Shown: one piece after another, positions 11,536-22,718 of the stretch
How positions within the stretch are numbered: the first letter of the stretch is position 1
Layout of the letters: the number at the start of each line of letters is the position of its first letter
Assembly (NCBI GenBank): GCA_963713825.1
Contig: CAVQNG010000005.1
Span: forward strand, 64,001 to 128,000
Direction of reading: 5' to 3'
Source of the DNA: an uncultured Acidobacteriota bacterium
Lineage (GTDB): Bacteria > Acidobacteriota > Thermoanaerobaculia > Multivoradales > JAHEKO01
Length of the DNA: 64,000 bases
The notes under the pieces: model-generated
The model's database searches: none
What the model was told of the DNA's origin: nothing
Seen by the model: the letters and a program-made list of their open reading frames with translations, nothing else
Translations under genes and position numbers: made by a program

Positions 11536-13833
11536 ATGATTGGCTCGACACTTTCGCACTTTCGAATTACCTCCAAGCTCGGTGAAGGCGGGATGGGTGT
11601 GGTTTGGGGAGCAGAGGACACCGATCTGCATCGACCTGTTGCTTTGAAGGTGCTCTCGGACGAGACGCTGGCCCGCGAGGACATGCGGGCCCGATTCATG
11701 CGAGAGGCACGCACGGCGGCGGCCCTCAATCACCCCAACATCTGCACGATATACGAGGTCGGCGAAGTCGACCGGGTGCCCTTCATCGCCATGGAGCTCA
11801 TCGAGGGATCGAGTCTCGAGAAGCGTCTGAGCGAGAGGCAACTGGCTCTGTCTGAGCTCCTCCGGATCGCGACTCAGATCGCTGAAGCCATGGCGGCGGC
11901 CCACGCCGGTGGAATCGTGCACCGGGATCTGAAGCCAGGCAACGTCATGCTGACTGGAGACGGGCAGGTCAAGATCCTCGACTTCGGCCTCGCCAAGCCG
12001 CAGACGGCGCTGCTGGGTGGGGAAGGAGACGAGACCCTAGCCCAGCCCATATCGGCCGAGATGACGCAGCAAGGGACGATTCTCGGCACGGTTTCCTACA
12101 TGTCTCCGGAGCAGGCCGCGGGAAGAGACGTGGATTCACGATCGGACATCTTCTCGTTCGGAGTCCTGCTCTACCAGATGACGACAGGTCAGCTACCGTT
12201 CCGCGGTGACACTTCGACCTCGACCCTGGCCAAGATCCTCGAGACCGAGCCGGAATCGATTTCGGTTGTGCGCCAGGGATTGCCACCGGATCTCGAGAGG
12301 GTCGTTCGACGTTGTCTGCAGAAACAGCCGGACGCTCGATACAACGACACACGCGACCTGGTGGCTGAGCTGCGCGATCTCCAAACCACGGGTGAGAGCC
12401 AGGCGGCTGCACCGGTCGAGCAAAAAGGCGAGAGCAAGAAGATCCCAGCATGGATCTGGGGTGCAGCACTGGCTATCTTGGTGGCCGCTGTGGTCTTCCT
12501 TGCGGGGCCGTTTCGCGAGAGCGCCGTGGAGCCGGCGGCCCCCGAAGTGGTTGCCGTCGCAGAGATACCCTCGGTGGCTGTCCTGCCTTTCCACAATCTG
12601 AGCGCCGACGAAGACAACGCCTACTTCAGCGCCGGCATCACCGAGGAGATCATCAGCAAGCTCTCCCGCATCGATGGGTTGGAGGTCGCCTCCCGTAGCT
12701 CAGTTGCAGCGTTCACCGATACCGCCCGCGATGTGCAGCAGATCGGTCGAGATCTGGGCGTGCAGTATCTCCTCGACGGGAGCGTTCGACGCGCCGGCGA
12801 TCAGGTTCGGGTCTCGGCGCAACTGGTCGACGGTTCGACCGGGCGCAATCTCTGGTCGGAGGATTTCGACGGTAACCTCGAGGACGTCTTCGCCATGCAG
12901 GAGAAGACCGCGCTCAAGATCGCCGAGCGATTGGATCTCGAGCTCAGCCCCGAAGAACAGCGCGACGTGCAACGCCATTTGACCGACAACGTGGCGGCTT
13001 ATGACGCCTTTCTCAGAGGAATGTCACTGTCGCGCAGTTGGGGCGATCGAGAGAGCCTGCAGCAGGCGGCGGAGCACTTCGCTCTGGCCCTGGAGCAGGA
13101 CCCTGACTTTGCCGCCGCCATGGCAGGCTGGGCCTTCGTCGAGTCCGACATCTATCGAAACTTCGACACCACCGAAGACCGTATCCAGCATGCCGAGAGG
13201 CTGGCGGAAAGGGCTGTGGAGCTCGATCCCACGATGCCGGATGCCAGCCATGCCCTCGGACTCATCGCGGGCAACCGCTTCGACTACGAGCGGGCGTCGC
13301 GACTGCTCCGAGAGGCCGTGCGGCTAGATCCCAAGGAAGCCCGTTTCTGGGACAATCTCTCCTGGGCACTGGCATACGAGACGCCGCCCGATGGAGATGG
13401 AGCGGTCCAGGCGGCACGCGAGGCGGTTCGCCTGCAGCCGATCTTCCCCGGTGCCTACTATCACCTGGGCCGCGGTCTAATCGCCCAGGGGAAGTACGAA
13501 GAGGCGCGACAGGCCTTCGAGACGTCTCTCGAGCAGAATCCCAGATTCAGCTCTGGGCACTTGGGGCTGGCCCAGGTCCATTTGGCTCTCGGAGAGTGGG
13601 ACGCTGCGTTGGCCGAGATCGAGAAGGGTGGCCTGAAGGACACGGCCATCGTTGCCTACTATGAGACTGCGGCCTTCGCCGGAAAGGGCGAGCTCGACGA
13701 GGCCTTGCAGTCTCTGGAGAGGACGCTCGAGCTCGACTACCGTGACTTCGCAAATCTCAACGCCAGCCCCTACTTCGCGGCCCTTCGGGAAGACCCGCGC
13801 TTTTCTGAGCTCGTTGAGCGCTACCAGGGCTGA
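11536..13833 (+). CDS. Ser/Thr protein kinase K5: kinase + TM + TolB-N-like domain + TPR
   Basis: Start [21 protein letters not shown]; SVAVLPF.NLS...YFSAGITEEII; TPRs; C-terminal LREDPRF. Confidence 0.95.
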   Translation: MIGSTLSHFRITSKLGEGGMGVVWGAEDTDLHRPVALKVLSDETLAREDMRARFMREARTAAALNHPNICTIYEVGEVDRVPFIAMELIEGSSLEKRLSERQLALSELLRIATQIAEAMAAAHAGGIVHRDLKPGNVMLTGDGQVKILDFGLAKPQTALLGGEGDETLAQPISAEMTQQGTILGTVSYMSPEQAAGRDVDSRSDIFSFGVLLYQMTTGQLPFRGDTSTSTLAKILETEPESISVVRQGLPPDLERVVRRCLQKQPDARYNDTRDLVAELRDLQTTGESQAAAPVEQKGESKKIPAWIWGAALAILVAAVVFLAGPFRESAVEPAAPEVVAVAEIPSVAVLPFHNLSADEDNAYFSAGITEEIISKLSRIDGLEVASRSSVAAFTDTARDVQQIGRDLGVQYLLDGSVRRAGDQVRVSAQLVDGSTGRNLWSEDFDGNLEDVFAMQEKTALKIAERLDLELSPEEQRDVQRHLTDNVAAYDAFLRGMSLSRSWGDRESLQQAAEHFALALEQDPDFAAAMAGWAFVESDIYRNFDTTEDRIQHAERLAERAVELDPTMPDASHALGLIAGNRFDYERASRLLREAVRLDPKEARFWDNLSWALAYETPPDGDGAVQAAREAVRLQPIFPGAYYHLGRGLIAQGKYEEARQAFETSLEQNPRFSSGHLGLAQVHLALGEWDAALAEIEKGGLKDTAIVAYYETAAFAGKGELDEALQSLERTLELDYRDFANLNASPYFAALREDPRFSELVERYQG

Positions 13834-13905
13834 ACCAGGCTGACTTGTCGTTGGATTTTGGATTCGCTGGCGCTGGGAACCGCGCCAGACACCTGGTCCG
13901 GGAAC

Positions 13906-16212
13906 TCACCCTGCTCGATCGATGTGTGGGATGTTCGCCTTTTCCAGCAGCGCTTTGAACCTGGGCTCGGAGCGCAGGTTGTCGAGGAGCGGCCAGTTGA
14001 GGAACGAGATCAGCGGGTTGCGCTCGTCGTAGGCCTTCTCCAGCCAGCCGAGCGCGGCCTCCTTATCGCCCAGGCCGGCGTGACCCCAGGCGAAGAACAT
14101 GGCCGAGACGTACTGACCCGCGGCTCGCGCCTCGAGCTCGGCGAGAATCTCTTCGGCAAGGCCACGCTCCCCGGCGGCACCATAGGTATAGGCCAACCAT
14201 CCCAGGTAGTAGGAGCCTCTCCCCGATAGAGAAGTCGCCCGCTCCATCGTCGCGATGGCTTCGTCGTGCCGACCGCTCTTCGAGTAGGCGCCGCCGAGAA
14301 CCCAATGGGTGAAGAGGAAATCGCTCTCCATCTCGAGGGCTCGACCGAGCGCCGGCAGGGCCTCCTCGTTCTTGCCGGCCACGAAGTGTGCCAGGCCCAA
14401 GCAGGTGTTGGCATAGGGTGAGAGTGGATCGATTTCGAGTGCCTCTGTAATCATCGACACGGCCTCGTCGTATCGATGGGCAAAGCTGAGCAGGAAGCTG
14501 TACCAGCACCTGGCCAGCGCCGCTTCGGCATTGACCTCGATCGAGCGTTGGAGGCTCGACTCGGCCCTTTCGAAGTCCCACTCGAGCCAGAGCTGGATGA
14601 GCGCCCTGGCGGCGTGAAGCTCGGCTAGGTCGGGCTCGAGCTCGGTTGCGCGGTCGATGGCGGCCTGCGCCTTGGCGAGTGCGACGCCTGGATCGAGTCC
14701 GTAGAAACCCAGGCTGCTGTACGCGTTGGCCAGTCCGGCGTAGGCAAGGGTGTAGGAGGGATCCTTCCGGGTCGCCTGCTCGAAGAAGGCCGCGGCCTTC
14801 TCGAGCGAGCCAACCTCACGCCGGTACCAGTTGTGTTGTCCCTTGAGATACAGATGATAGGCCTCGAGGTTGTGGGTTTGACGCTTGCTGGGCTTGGTAT
14901 CGGCCGCACCACCTACCTGTCCCCGGAGGACCTCGGCGATGCTCTCGGAGATCTCGTCCTGGACGGCGAAGACGTCCTTCATGTTGCGGTCGTAGCGTTC
15001 CGACCAGATGTTGAATCCGTCCTCGACGTTGATGAGTTGGGCGGTGACGCGCAATTGGTCGCCAGCGGTCTTGACGCTGCCATCGAGGAGCATCGTGACG
15101 TTGAGAGCCTGCCCGACATGCCGGGTGTCGTGGGCCTGATCCTTGAAATGGAACGCCGAGCTGCGGGAGGCGACCCGTAGACCTCCGATCTGGGTCATGG
15201 CATTGAGGATCTCCTCGGCCATGCCTTCACAGAAATACTCCTGGTCCCGCTTGGGGCTCAAATCGCGGAAGGGTAGGACGGCGATGGAAGGTGCGACGTC
15301 AACCCCACCTATCGGCTCCGTTGGCGGCGGGGATGCCGAGGGCTCGTCCGGCCGGCTGTCCGAGATGGCCTCCAAAGCGAACGACAGATCTCGCACCGAT
15401 TGAAAACGCTCACCGACGTCCTTTTCCAGGCACCGGCGGACGATGCTCTCCAGGACCTGCGGCACCGAGGAGTTCGAGCTCGGGGGCATTGCCGGATCCT
15501 CACGCAGGATCGCACTGAGAATGTCCGCCGAGGAATCGCCGGGAAAGGCCCGGGTTCCGTAAAGCATCTCGTGGAGGAGGGTGCCGAAAGAGAAGATGTC
15601 GGAGCGGTGGTCGGATTCGTGCCCCCGGGCCTGCTCGGGAGACATGTACCCTATCGTTCCCATGACCGAACCGGGTTGGGTGTGCTGGGTGAGTGTCGCA
15701 AGCGTCGCGCCATCGCCAGTTGATGCTCGACGGTCGCTCCACTTCGCCAATCCGAAATCGAGGATCTTGGCGCGACCGTCCCGAGTGACGAAGATGTTCT
15801 CGGGCTTGAGGTCTCGGTGCACGATGCCCTTGTCGTGGGCCGCGGCCAGCCCGTGCGCAATCTCGACAGCAAGGCCGAGCGCTCTGCTGGTGGTCAAGCT
15901 GTCGGACTCGAGCCGCTCTCGGAGAGTCTGGCCTTCCAGTAGCTCGGTGACGGCATACCCAAGACCCTCTTCGTTGCCGATGTCGTAGAGCGCCAGGATG
16001 TTGGGATGGGCGAGAGCCGCGACCGCCCTCGCCTCGAGCTCGAATCGCTCGAGCGCCCTTGGCTCCTGAGCCACCTTGGCAGGCAGCACTTTGACCGCGA
16101 CTTCACGCCCCAGACGGGTATCGCGGGCCCGATAGACCTCGCCCATGCCGCCCGCACCGAGGGAGTCGAGAACCTCGTAGGGTCCCAGTCGTGTACCTGC
16201 TGCCAGTGCCAT
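13906..16212 (-). CDS. Ser/Thr protein kinase K6: kinase + TolB-N-like domain + TPR, no obvious TM (probably cytoplasmic)
   Basis: MALAAGTRLGPYEV start, HRDLKPEN, DFG, SIAVLPFRDLS, C-terminal LRSEPRF. Confidence 0.95.
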   Translation of the reverse strand: MALAAGTRLGPYEVLDSLGAGGMGEVYRARDTRLGREVAVKVLPAKVAQEPRALERFELEARAVAALAHPNILALYDIGNEEGLGYAVTELLEGQTLRERLESDSLTTSRALGLAVEIAHGLAAAHDKGIVHRDLKPENIFVTRDGRAKILDFGLAKWSDRRASTGDGATLATLTQHTQPGSVMGTIGYMSPEQARGHESDHRSDIFSFGTLLHEMLYGTRAFPGDSSADILSAILREDPAMPPSSNSSVPQVLESIVRRCLEKDVGERFQSVRDLSFALEAISDSRPDEPSASPPPTEPIGGVDVAPSIAVLPFRDLSPKRDQEYFCEGMAEEILNAMTQIGGLRVASRSSAFHFKDQAHDTRHVGQALNVTMLLDGSVKTAGDQLRVTAQLINVEDGFNIWSERYDRNMKDVFAVQDEISESIAEVLRGQVGGAADTKPSKRQTHNLEAYHLYLKGQHNWYRREVGSLEKAAAFFEQATRKDPSYTLAYAGLANAYSSLGFYGLDPGVALAKAQAAIDRATELEPDLAELHAARALIQLWLEWDFERAESSLQRSIEVNAEAALARCWYSFLLSFAHRYDEAVSMITEALEIDPLSPYANTCLGLAHFVAGKNEEALPALGRALEMESDFLFTHWVLGGAYSKSGRHDEAIATMERATSLSGRGSYYLGWLAYTYGAAGERGLAEEILAELEARAAGQYVSAMFFAWGHAGLGDKEAALGWLEKAYDERNPLISFLNWPLLDNLRSEPRFKALLEKANIPHIDRAG

Positions 16213-16390
16213 TGTGCGGCCTAGTCTAGCGCAGGCTCTTGGGTTGCATGAACCAGGGGAGTACTGACGGAACCTGACACACGTTTGGTGCACCATGGGC
16301 TCGAGGCTGGAAGGTGCCACCCTTTTTTCGTTGGCAATCCGAGGCGTGCCTGGCACCTATGACGGGTCGAGAGGCCGGAGAGGAGGTCCC

Positions 16391-17392
16391 ATGGAAGCGC
16401 AAGGCATGGTGGGCACAGTTGGGTCGGCGAAGCAGTGGCTTCGGACGGTGACGATCGGAGCGGGGATGCACAGCAAGAATCTGACGGTTTTTCCGCTCTA
16501 CTGGAGGGGTGACGAAGCGATCGCAGAGCCACGAACCGCCGCCTAGTTGGGGAGACGATGCAGCAGCGATGGCAAGAAGGGCCGTTACCAGCTGCTCGCC
16601 GACGCCATCGAAGCGAAGCAGGCGATGGTGGAGGAGATGAGCGATTCGGGAGAGGTGCCGCTGCTGGCGGTACGAAATGACGGCGCGATGCCGTTCTGAT
16701 TCCCGAAGGAGAGATCCTGATCGGCGCCAAGCAGAATCGCACCGTCAATCTGACGCTACTTGTTGCCGCGAAGACCCAGATGTCGATGCCGGTGAGCTGT
16801 GTCGAGGCTGGGCGGTGGAGCCGAAAATCACGCCACTTCGAGGCCAAGGCGTGGGCACATCCCAAGCTGCGTGAGCTCAAGGTGCGAAGCGCCCAGTTCT
16901 ACCGGAGTAAGACGGGAGAGGCGAGGAGTGATCAGGGTGCTGTCTGGAATGAGATCAACGAACATCTCGAGGACTGCGACATACCGGCTTCGACTCGAGA
17001 CCTGGCGATGAGCTTCGAGGGTGCTGAGGGCCGCGTGCGAGTACCGAGAGCGAATCGAGCTGCCCAAGGAGGCCTGCGGATTCCTGGCAGCTCGCGGTGA
17101 TGAGGTAGTTGGGCTGGATCTGTTCGATGCGCCGGAGACCCTGCACAAGCTCTGGCGGCGGATGTCGGATGCCTACTTTGTGGAATCTACCCGCGAGCGA
17201 CAGCACAAGAAGAGGACTCCAAGAAAGGTAGCAGAGGAGTTCCTGGGAGCCGTCGAAGAACACCTGGCACCGGCGGACAAGCAACCCCAGCTCGGCTTCG
17301 AGATGGAGTTGGTCAACGGCGCCTTGTCTGGCTCCGCCCTCTGGTACGACGGCGCCATCTGCCACCTTTCGGCCTTCAGCGCAAATAACTAG
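16391..17392 (+). pseudogene. ARPP-1/DUF6569-like protein, interrupted by frameshifts and a stop (real or assembly error)
   Basis: AGGAGG RBS; fragments NLTVFPL, EGEILIGAKQNRTVN, PVSCVEAGRWS, DQGAVW, GLDLFD and HLSAF lie in different frames. Confidence 0.65.
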
Positions 17393-17472
17393 CCCGCGTT
17401 TCGTCCGTTCTGGGCCACGATTTCGATGAGGTCCGTCCGGGTGGTTCGCCTGGGGGACGGCGTGGGCTATTC

Positions 17473-17730
17473 GGACTTAAGGGCGGGGCGTAGGGCACGT
17501 CACCGTGCCGGAGTCTCTGGTGCTCTTGTTGCTCTGGAATCAACAAACGGTGCAAGGCCGCGAACGAGGTCTCCAGCCGGACGCCCAGGACACGGGGGAC
17601 AGCTCGGGCGTGGCCTGTTGCGCCATACGATTCAGGCCCCCAAGACCTCAAGGAACGACCTCGCGCAGCGCAGGTCGGCTTCAACCCCCAGAGCCTCAAC
17701 GGCCGGCGAGGGGCGCCGGCCACCTCAACC
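17473..17730. repeat. Intergenic octamer/hairpin composite repeat, related to 41808-41865 and 57477-57645
   Basis: GGACTTAAGGGCG at 17473; CCCCAAG/CCTCAA units alternate with hairpins CGACCT...AGGTCG and GGCCGGCG-AGGGG-CGCCGGCC. Confidence 0.5.
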
Positions 17731-17732
17731 CG

Positions 17733-19199
17733 TCACCGCACTTTCGTTTCCCAGTTGCTGTGCTGCAGAAATCGGGTGACGTTGCCGGCGTCGTCGACTT
17801 CGAAGAAGAACTCCTCGCCCAGGGATTTGTCGTCTTTGCGCACTCGGCGGAAGGTGTGATCACCGACCTTCTCGAGCTCGAAGAGGCTCTTCTTTGGGTC
17901 GCGGGTTCCCAATCCGAGGACGGCGAGCCCATCTTTCCATCGCAGGATCGCAGTCTGGCCCCAGGCGGAGTCGTAGACGCCAACATAGCGGGCCAGATCC
18001 GGGTCCCAATCGGGTATGTCGTCGGGACTTTCTGTTGCGGCCTCGATCGCTGGAACGATGAGGTCCGCCGCTTTCTCGGCGTAGAAGGTCACGGGCGTGC
18101 CGATGGCACTGGCCAGGACGATGACGCCCAGCTTGTTCTTGGGCACGAGTAGGAACTGGCTGTAGTAACCGGGGCACCCACCGCTGTGGCCAACGAAGAC
18201 GTGGCCGTTGCTCTTCCAGGTGCCGAAGCCGAGGCCGCGTTTCGTTTCCCAGTCGGGGTCCATCCACTGGACGCGTTGCATCTCACGCAAAGTGGAGGAG
18301 CGGAGGATTTCCTGGGTGTCGCTCCCCAAAAGCCGAAACTGCCACGACGCGAAGCTGGCGAGGTCCGGGACGGTCGAGGCGAAGCCGGCCGCTGGCGCGA
18401 TACCGTGGGTCTGGAACATGGGTAGGCGGCGGCGCGAGCCGTCCCGTTGCAGATAGCTGTGCCCCACCGCCATACGTTCACCCCATTCAGCCTCGGGGAT
18501 GTCGGTGAAGGTGTCTTCCATCTCCAGGGGATCGAGAATCTGGGACTGAATCCGGTCGTGGTAGGCCTGGCCGGACACCTCCGCCACGATTTCGCCCACC
18601 AGGGTAAGCCCCAGGTTCGAATACTGGAAGTAGCGCGAGGATGGGTAGAGCGTCGATTGGTTGGACAGCTGCTGGACGATCTGGTCGTGGGTTGGAAAGA
18701 CGAAATCGGGATCCGACCAGTAGGGGAAGTCCGATTCTCGCGGCAGGCCCGAGGAGTGACTCAGCAGTCGACGAACTGTAATGGCCTCGTCGTTGGGATG
18801 AGCGTCCTGGAGCGTGAACCAACTCAGATACTCGGAGACCGGAGCATCGAGGCGAACTCGATCCTGGTCGCGCAGCTGCATGAAGGCGACCGAGGTGAAG
18901 AGCTTCGAGATCGAGCAGATGCTGTAGATGGTCTCTGCAGTGGCTGGCGTGCCGGTGTCGGGGTTCGCCAGTCCGAAGCCGCGTGCTGTCAACAGTTCTT
19001 GATCGAGGACGACGCCGATCGATGCGGCCGGCACGCGGCTGATGCCCAGCTGGTACTCGACCCAGGCTTCCCAGGCAGCGACCGCATCGGCAACGCGCGG
19101 ATCGTCACCCAGCGACCGGGAGGCGGGTTCATCATCGGAGGCGATGACAGGTGTGACAGCAATCAGAACCAGCAGTACGATCGACATGAATCGATGCAT
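17733..19199 (-). CDS. Secreted serine hydrolase, beta-lactamase class C/AmpC-like family
   Basis: Signal peptide; SxxK (SISK), LLSHSSG, YSN and HSG motifs. Confidence 0.92.
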   Translation of the reverse strand: MHRFMSIVLLVLIAVTPVIASDDEPASRSLGDDPRVADAVAAWEAWVEYQLGISRVPAASIGVVLDQELLTARGFGLANPDTGTPATAETIYSICSISKLFTSVAFMQLRDQDRVRLDAPVSEYLSWFTLQDAHPNDEAITVRRLLSHSSGLPRESDFPYWSDPDFVFPTHDQIVQQLSNQSTLYPSSRYFQYSNLGLTLVGEIVAEVSGQAYHDRIQSQILDPLEMEDTFTDIPEAEWGERMAVGHSYLQRDGSRRRLPMFQTHGIAPAAGFASTVPDLASFASWQFRLLGSDTQEILRSSTLREMQRVQWMDPDWETKRGLGFGTWKSNGHVFVGHSGGCPGYYSQFLLVPKNKLGVIVLASAIGTPVTFYAEKAADLIVPAIEAATESPDDIPDWDPDLARYVGVYDSAWGQTAILRWKDGLAVLGLGTRDPKKSLFELEKVGDHTFRRVRKDDKSLGEEFFFEVDDAGNVTRFLQHSNWETKVR

Positions 19200-19224
19200 G
19201 ATTTCCCTCGCTAGTGAACTGGTG

Positions 19225-19282
19225 GGTCAGGACTTCTCCCACGGCTGGCAGTTGATGTGGGGAAGGGGCTTGCCCCTCTCCT
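19225..19282. repeat. Intergenic REP-like palindrome (GTGG variant)
   Basis: GTGGGGAAGGGGCTTGCCCCTCTCC at about 19257-19281, preceded by an inverted remnant TCTCCCAC. Confidence 0.5.
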
Positions 19283-19301
19283 GATCAGGTCGAGTCGATC
19301 C

Positions 19302-21629
19302 TCATGCCTTCGGGTGCAGCCAGTAGGCCAGGGCAGGTAGGAGAACGATTGCGCCAAGCATGTTGAGCAGGAACATGAACGTCAACAGGATGCCCATATC
19401 AGCCTGGAACTTCAACGGCGAGAAGATCCAGGTGGCCACTCCAACCGCCAGCGTGAAGCCAGTGAAGATCACCCCGCTGCCCGTCAGCTTCAGCGTTTCG
19501 CGGTAGGCCCCCTGCAAAGGGGTGCCCTGGGCCAGGATGCTGCGCAGACGAGCGTAGATGTAGATCCCGTAGTCGACACCGATTCCAACGCCGAGAGCGA
19601 CTACCGGCAAGGTGGAGATCTTGAGTCCGATCTCGAGTGTCGACATCAGGGCATAGGCGAGGATCGATACCAGAGCGAGCGGGATAACGATGCAGAGGGT
19701 GGCGCGGAGCGACCGGAAAGTGATCAGGCACAGCACGATGATGGCCGCGAAGATCCACATCAGCATCGGAAATTGAGCCGCGGAGACGGTCTCATTGGTG
19801 GCCGCCATGACGCCAACATTGCCCGTGGCGAGCCGGAACCGGATCTCATCGGAGCCGTGCAGCGCCCGGTATGCCTTGACCGCTGAGACGATCCCTTCGA
19901 TGGTCTCGGCCTTGTGGTCCTGCGAGTAGATGTAGACCGGCATCACACTGCAGTCGGAGTTGAGCAGCCCCGTGCTGGTGTCGATATAGGTCACCGCCTG
20001 GGCCATGGTCGACGGGTTGCGGGGCAGGATTCGCCACTTGAGGCTGCCCTCGTTCCAACCGGCGTTGATGATCTTGGCCACAGTGCCGATGCCAAGCACC
20101 GACTGCACGCCAGGCACGTTACGCATGTGCCATTCGAAGCGGTCGATGGTGGTCATGATGTCGTGCCGGGTGCAGGCCTCGGGCTCGGACTCCACAATGA
20201 CAGTAATGACGTCCACGCCGATGGAGAAGTGTTTGGTGATCACCTCGGTGTCGATGTTGTATTGGGAGTCGGCTCGCAGCTCCGGCACGCCGGGATGCAG
20301 GTCGCCGATCTTGATCTGGGTTGCCTTCCAGCCGCCGACTGCGAAGAGGACAGCCGCCACAAGACGATGATTGCGGCGTTGCGGGGCACCGTGACCCGGG
20401 CCAGGGCTGTCCAGAGATGATCCAATTTGTCGGCCCGCTTCCGCAGCCTGGCCTCGTATTTCTCGTCGAGCTTGACGTAGGACAGGAGCACCGGTACCAG
20501 GATCAGGTCGGTGAGGATGATCACGGCCACGCCGAGGCTGGCGGTGATGGCCATCTCCTGGATCATGCGGATCTTGATCAGCATGATGGTGATGAAGCCG
20601 ATGGTGTCGCTCAACAGGGCGATGCTTCCCGGAACGATCAACCTGCGGAAGCCGATCTGGGCCGCTTCCAGGCTGTTCGCACCCTCGTAGACCTCGGCTC
20701 GGAAGGCGCTCACCATCTGCACGCCGTGACTCACCCCGATGGCGAAGATCAGGAACGGCACGAGGATCGACATCGGGTCGATGCCGAATCCGAGCATCGG
20801 CAGCAGACCCAACTGCCAGATCACCGCGATCAGCGAGCAGCCGACGACGATCAGGGTGAGCTTGGCGCTCTGGGAGTAGAGGTAGACGAAAACAACCGTG
20901 ATGAAGAAGGCCACCAGAAAGAACAGCACGACTCGTGCTACTCCGGCGGCGATGTCACCGATGACCTTGGCAAAGCCGATGATGTGATAGTCGAACTCGA
21001 CTCCCACATCGTGGTTGCTGTATTTCTGGCGGACCTCCTCCAACTGGTCGGCCACGTACAGGTAGTCGAGGCGCTCGCCGGTGGTGGGATCGATCTCCAG
21101 GAGCGGCGCGACGACAAGGCGGAGCTGAAATCGTTGGCCACGAGGCGGCCGACATAGGCCGATTTGAGGAGGTTTTCGCGGACCTTGGCGATCCCTTCTC
21201 GGTCATTGCGAAGTCGTCAGGAATGACGTTGCCACCTGAAATGCCATCCTCCACTACTTCCGTGAAGCGGACATTGGGCGTGAAGAGGGACATCACCCGT
21301 GTCCGGTCGACGCCGGGAATGAAGAAGACGTCATCGGTGACCTCTTGCAGCACCTCGAAGAACTTCGGTGTGAAGATGTCCCCTTCTCTCGCCTTGATGG
21401 CGATGACGACCCGATTGGCGCCGCCGAACGCCTCGCGATACTCAACGTAGGTCTGCATATACTCGTGCTTCAGGGGCAGGAGCTTCGCGAAACCCGCGTC
21501 GATTTTCAGATGACTGGCGTGATACGCCATGAAGACGGTCAGCACGGCAAAGATGCCCAACACCAGGCGACGGTTGCCAAAGATCAGGTTCTCGAGCCGG
21601 GAGATCATCGCGAAGTCCTTTCCGCTCAC
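19302..21629 (-). CDS. RND/MMPL-family transporter (frameshifted, three fragments)
   Basis: Fragments FGGANRVVIA, IGVSHGVQM and LGVGIGVDYGIY match the RND exporter of DUF1302/DUF1329 operons. Confidence 0.88.
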
Positions 21630-22627
21630 TTCGCCAGGCCGTGAGCTCTGGCTGCTGCTTGACGCCGAACTCGCCCACCAACAGTGGCTGTCCTCGCCGT
21701 CTCCACCAGCGCCGAGATCCCCCGCCGACTGGGTTGCTGTCGCAGTCGAAGGTCAGTCCAGCGTCGGATGAAACGAGCTCGCTCCGCCCAGACCAATGAC
21801 GACGATGGTGCCATCCTCGAGACGAGCTCCGTCGGTGAGCATGGCCACGGTACCGGTGTCGACCTCGCCCAGGTCTCTCCGGAATCGTCGCTCCGAAAGA
21901 GATGCCCACGAAGCCCAAAAACCAGCACCGAGTCGTCGTCAACGGCAGCGCGGAGAAGAAGGACCCCCGTAGGCACGGCGCTCCAGCCAGCTGGCGCCGT
22001 CGTCGTCGGACCGGTAGATCATCCCCGCCTCGGCTGCCATGTAGAGCTTCCCGGTGCTGGATCGAGACGGATGGTGCAGATGATAGTCGTATTCGCCGAT
22101 AGGATCCGACAGTTCCCTCCTGTCGTGCCTCCAGGAAGTGGGTAGAAGCCCGTAGGCCCCGATGCGAAGCCGTGTCAGCATCGAAGAAAAACACATCCAT
22201 CAACGGGCGCTCCTCCTCCGGGGCGCAGTGGACGTCTCCAAGATGACACCGCCGTCCGCGGTTCGGAGGATCACTGCGTCGTGTCCCACGACCCGGCCCA
22301 GGTCGATCGTTGAGGAAGACGCCGGTCAGGGTCGCTGGGGTCGGGACCTCGGCCTGCTCCCAGGAGCTTCCCATGTCGGGGGAGACCAGGATGTGACCCC
22401 GCTCCCCCACCACCACGAGCCTACCGAGGCGGCCCATCCAGGAAGAGTGACTTGCGGCGAGGCGGGCTGGCTGCCGGTAGTGCTCGATCTCTCCTGGTCG
22501 GCGTCCTGCCCGACGACGCCGGCCCCGCCAGGGCCGGCAGACGAGAGTGAGGTGCTGCCAGAGGCCGTTGGAGAAAGAGAGATCTGACCGCGCCGGCGTG
22601 CGAAGCTTTTGGGACCTGAGCCGTCAT
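21626..22627 (-). CDS. YCF48/BNR-repeat beta-propeller protein (multiply frameshifted)
   Basis: VGERGHILVS.D.G.SW, GAYG, GMIYRSDDDGASW, FGLRGHLFRSDDSGETW. Confidence 0.8.
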
Positions 22628-22718
22628 CCGCTCGGCCAGGTACCTCCTCCGTCCATCGCCCCCCTGAAAATCACGACGGCCGGGCCGTTTTGGCCCACCG
22701 TATGGTGAGAACGATTCG

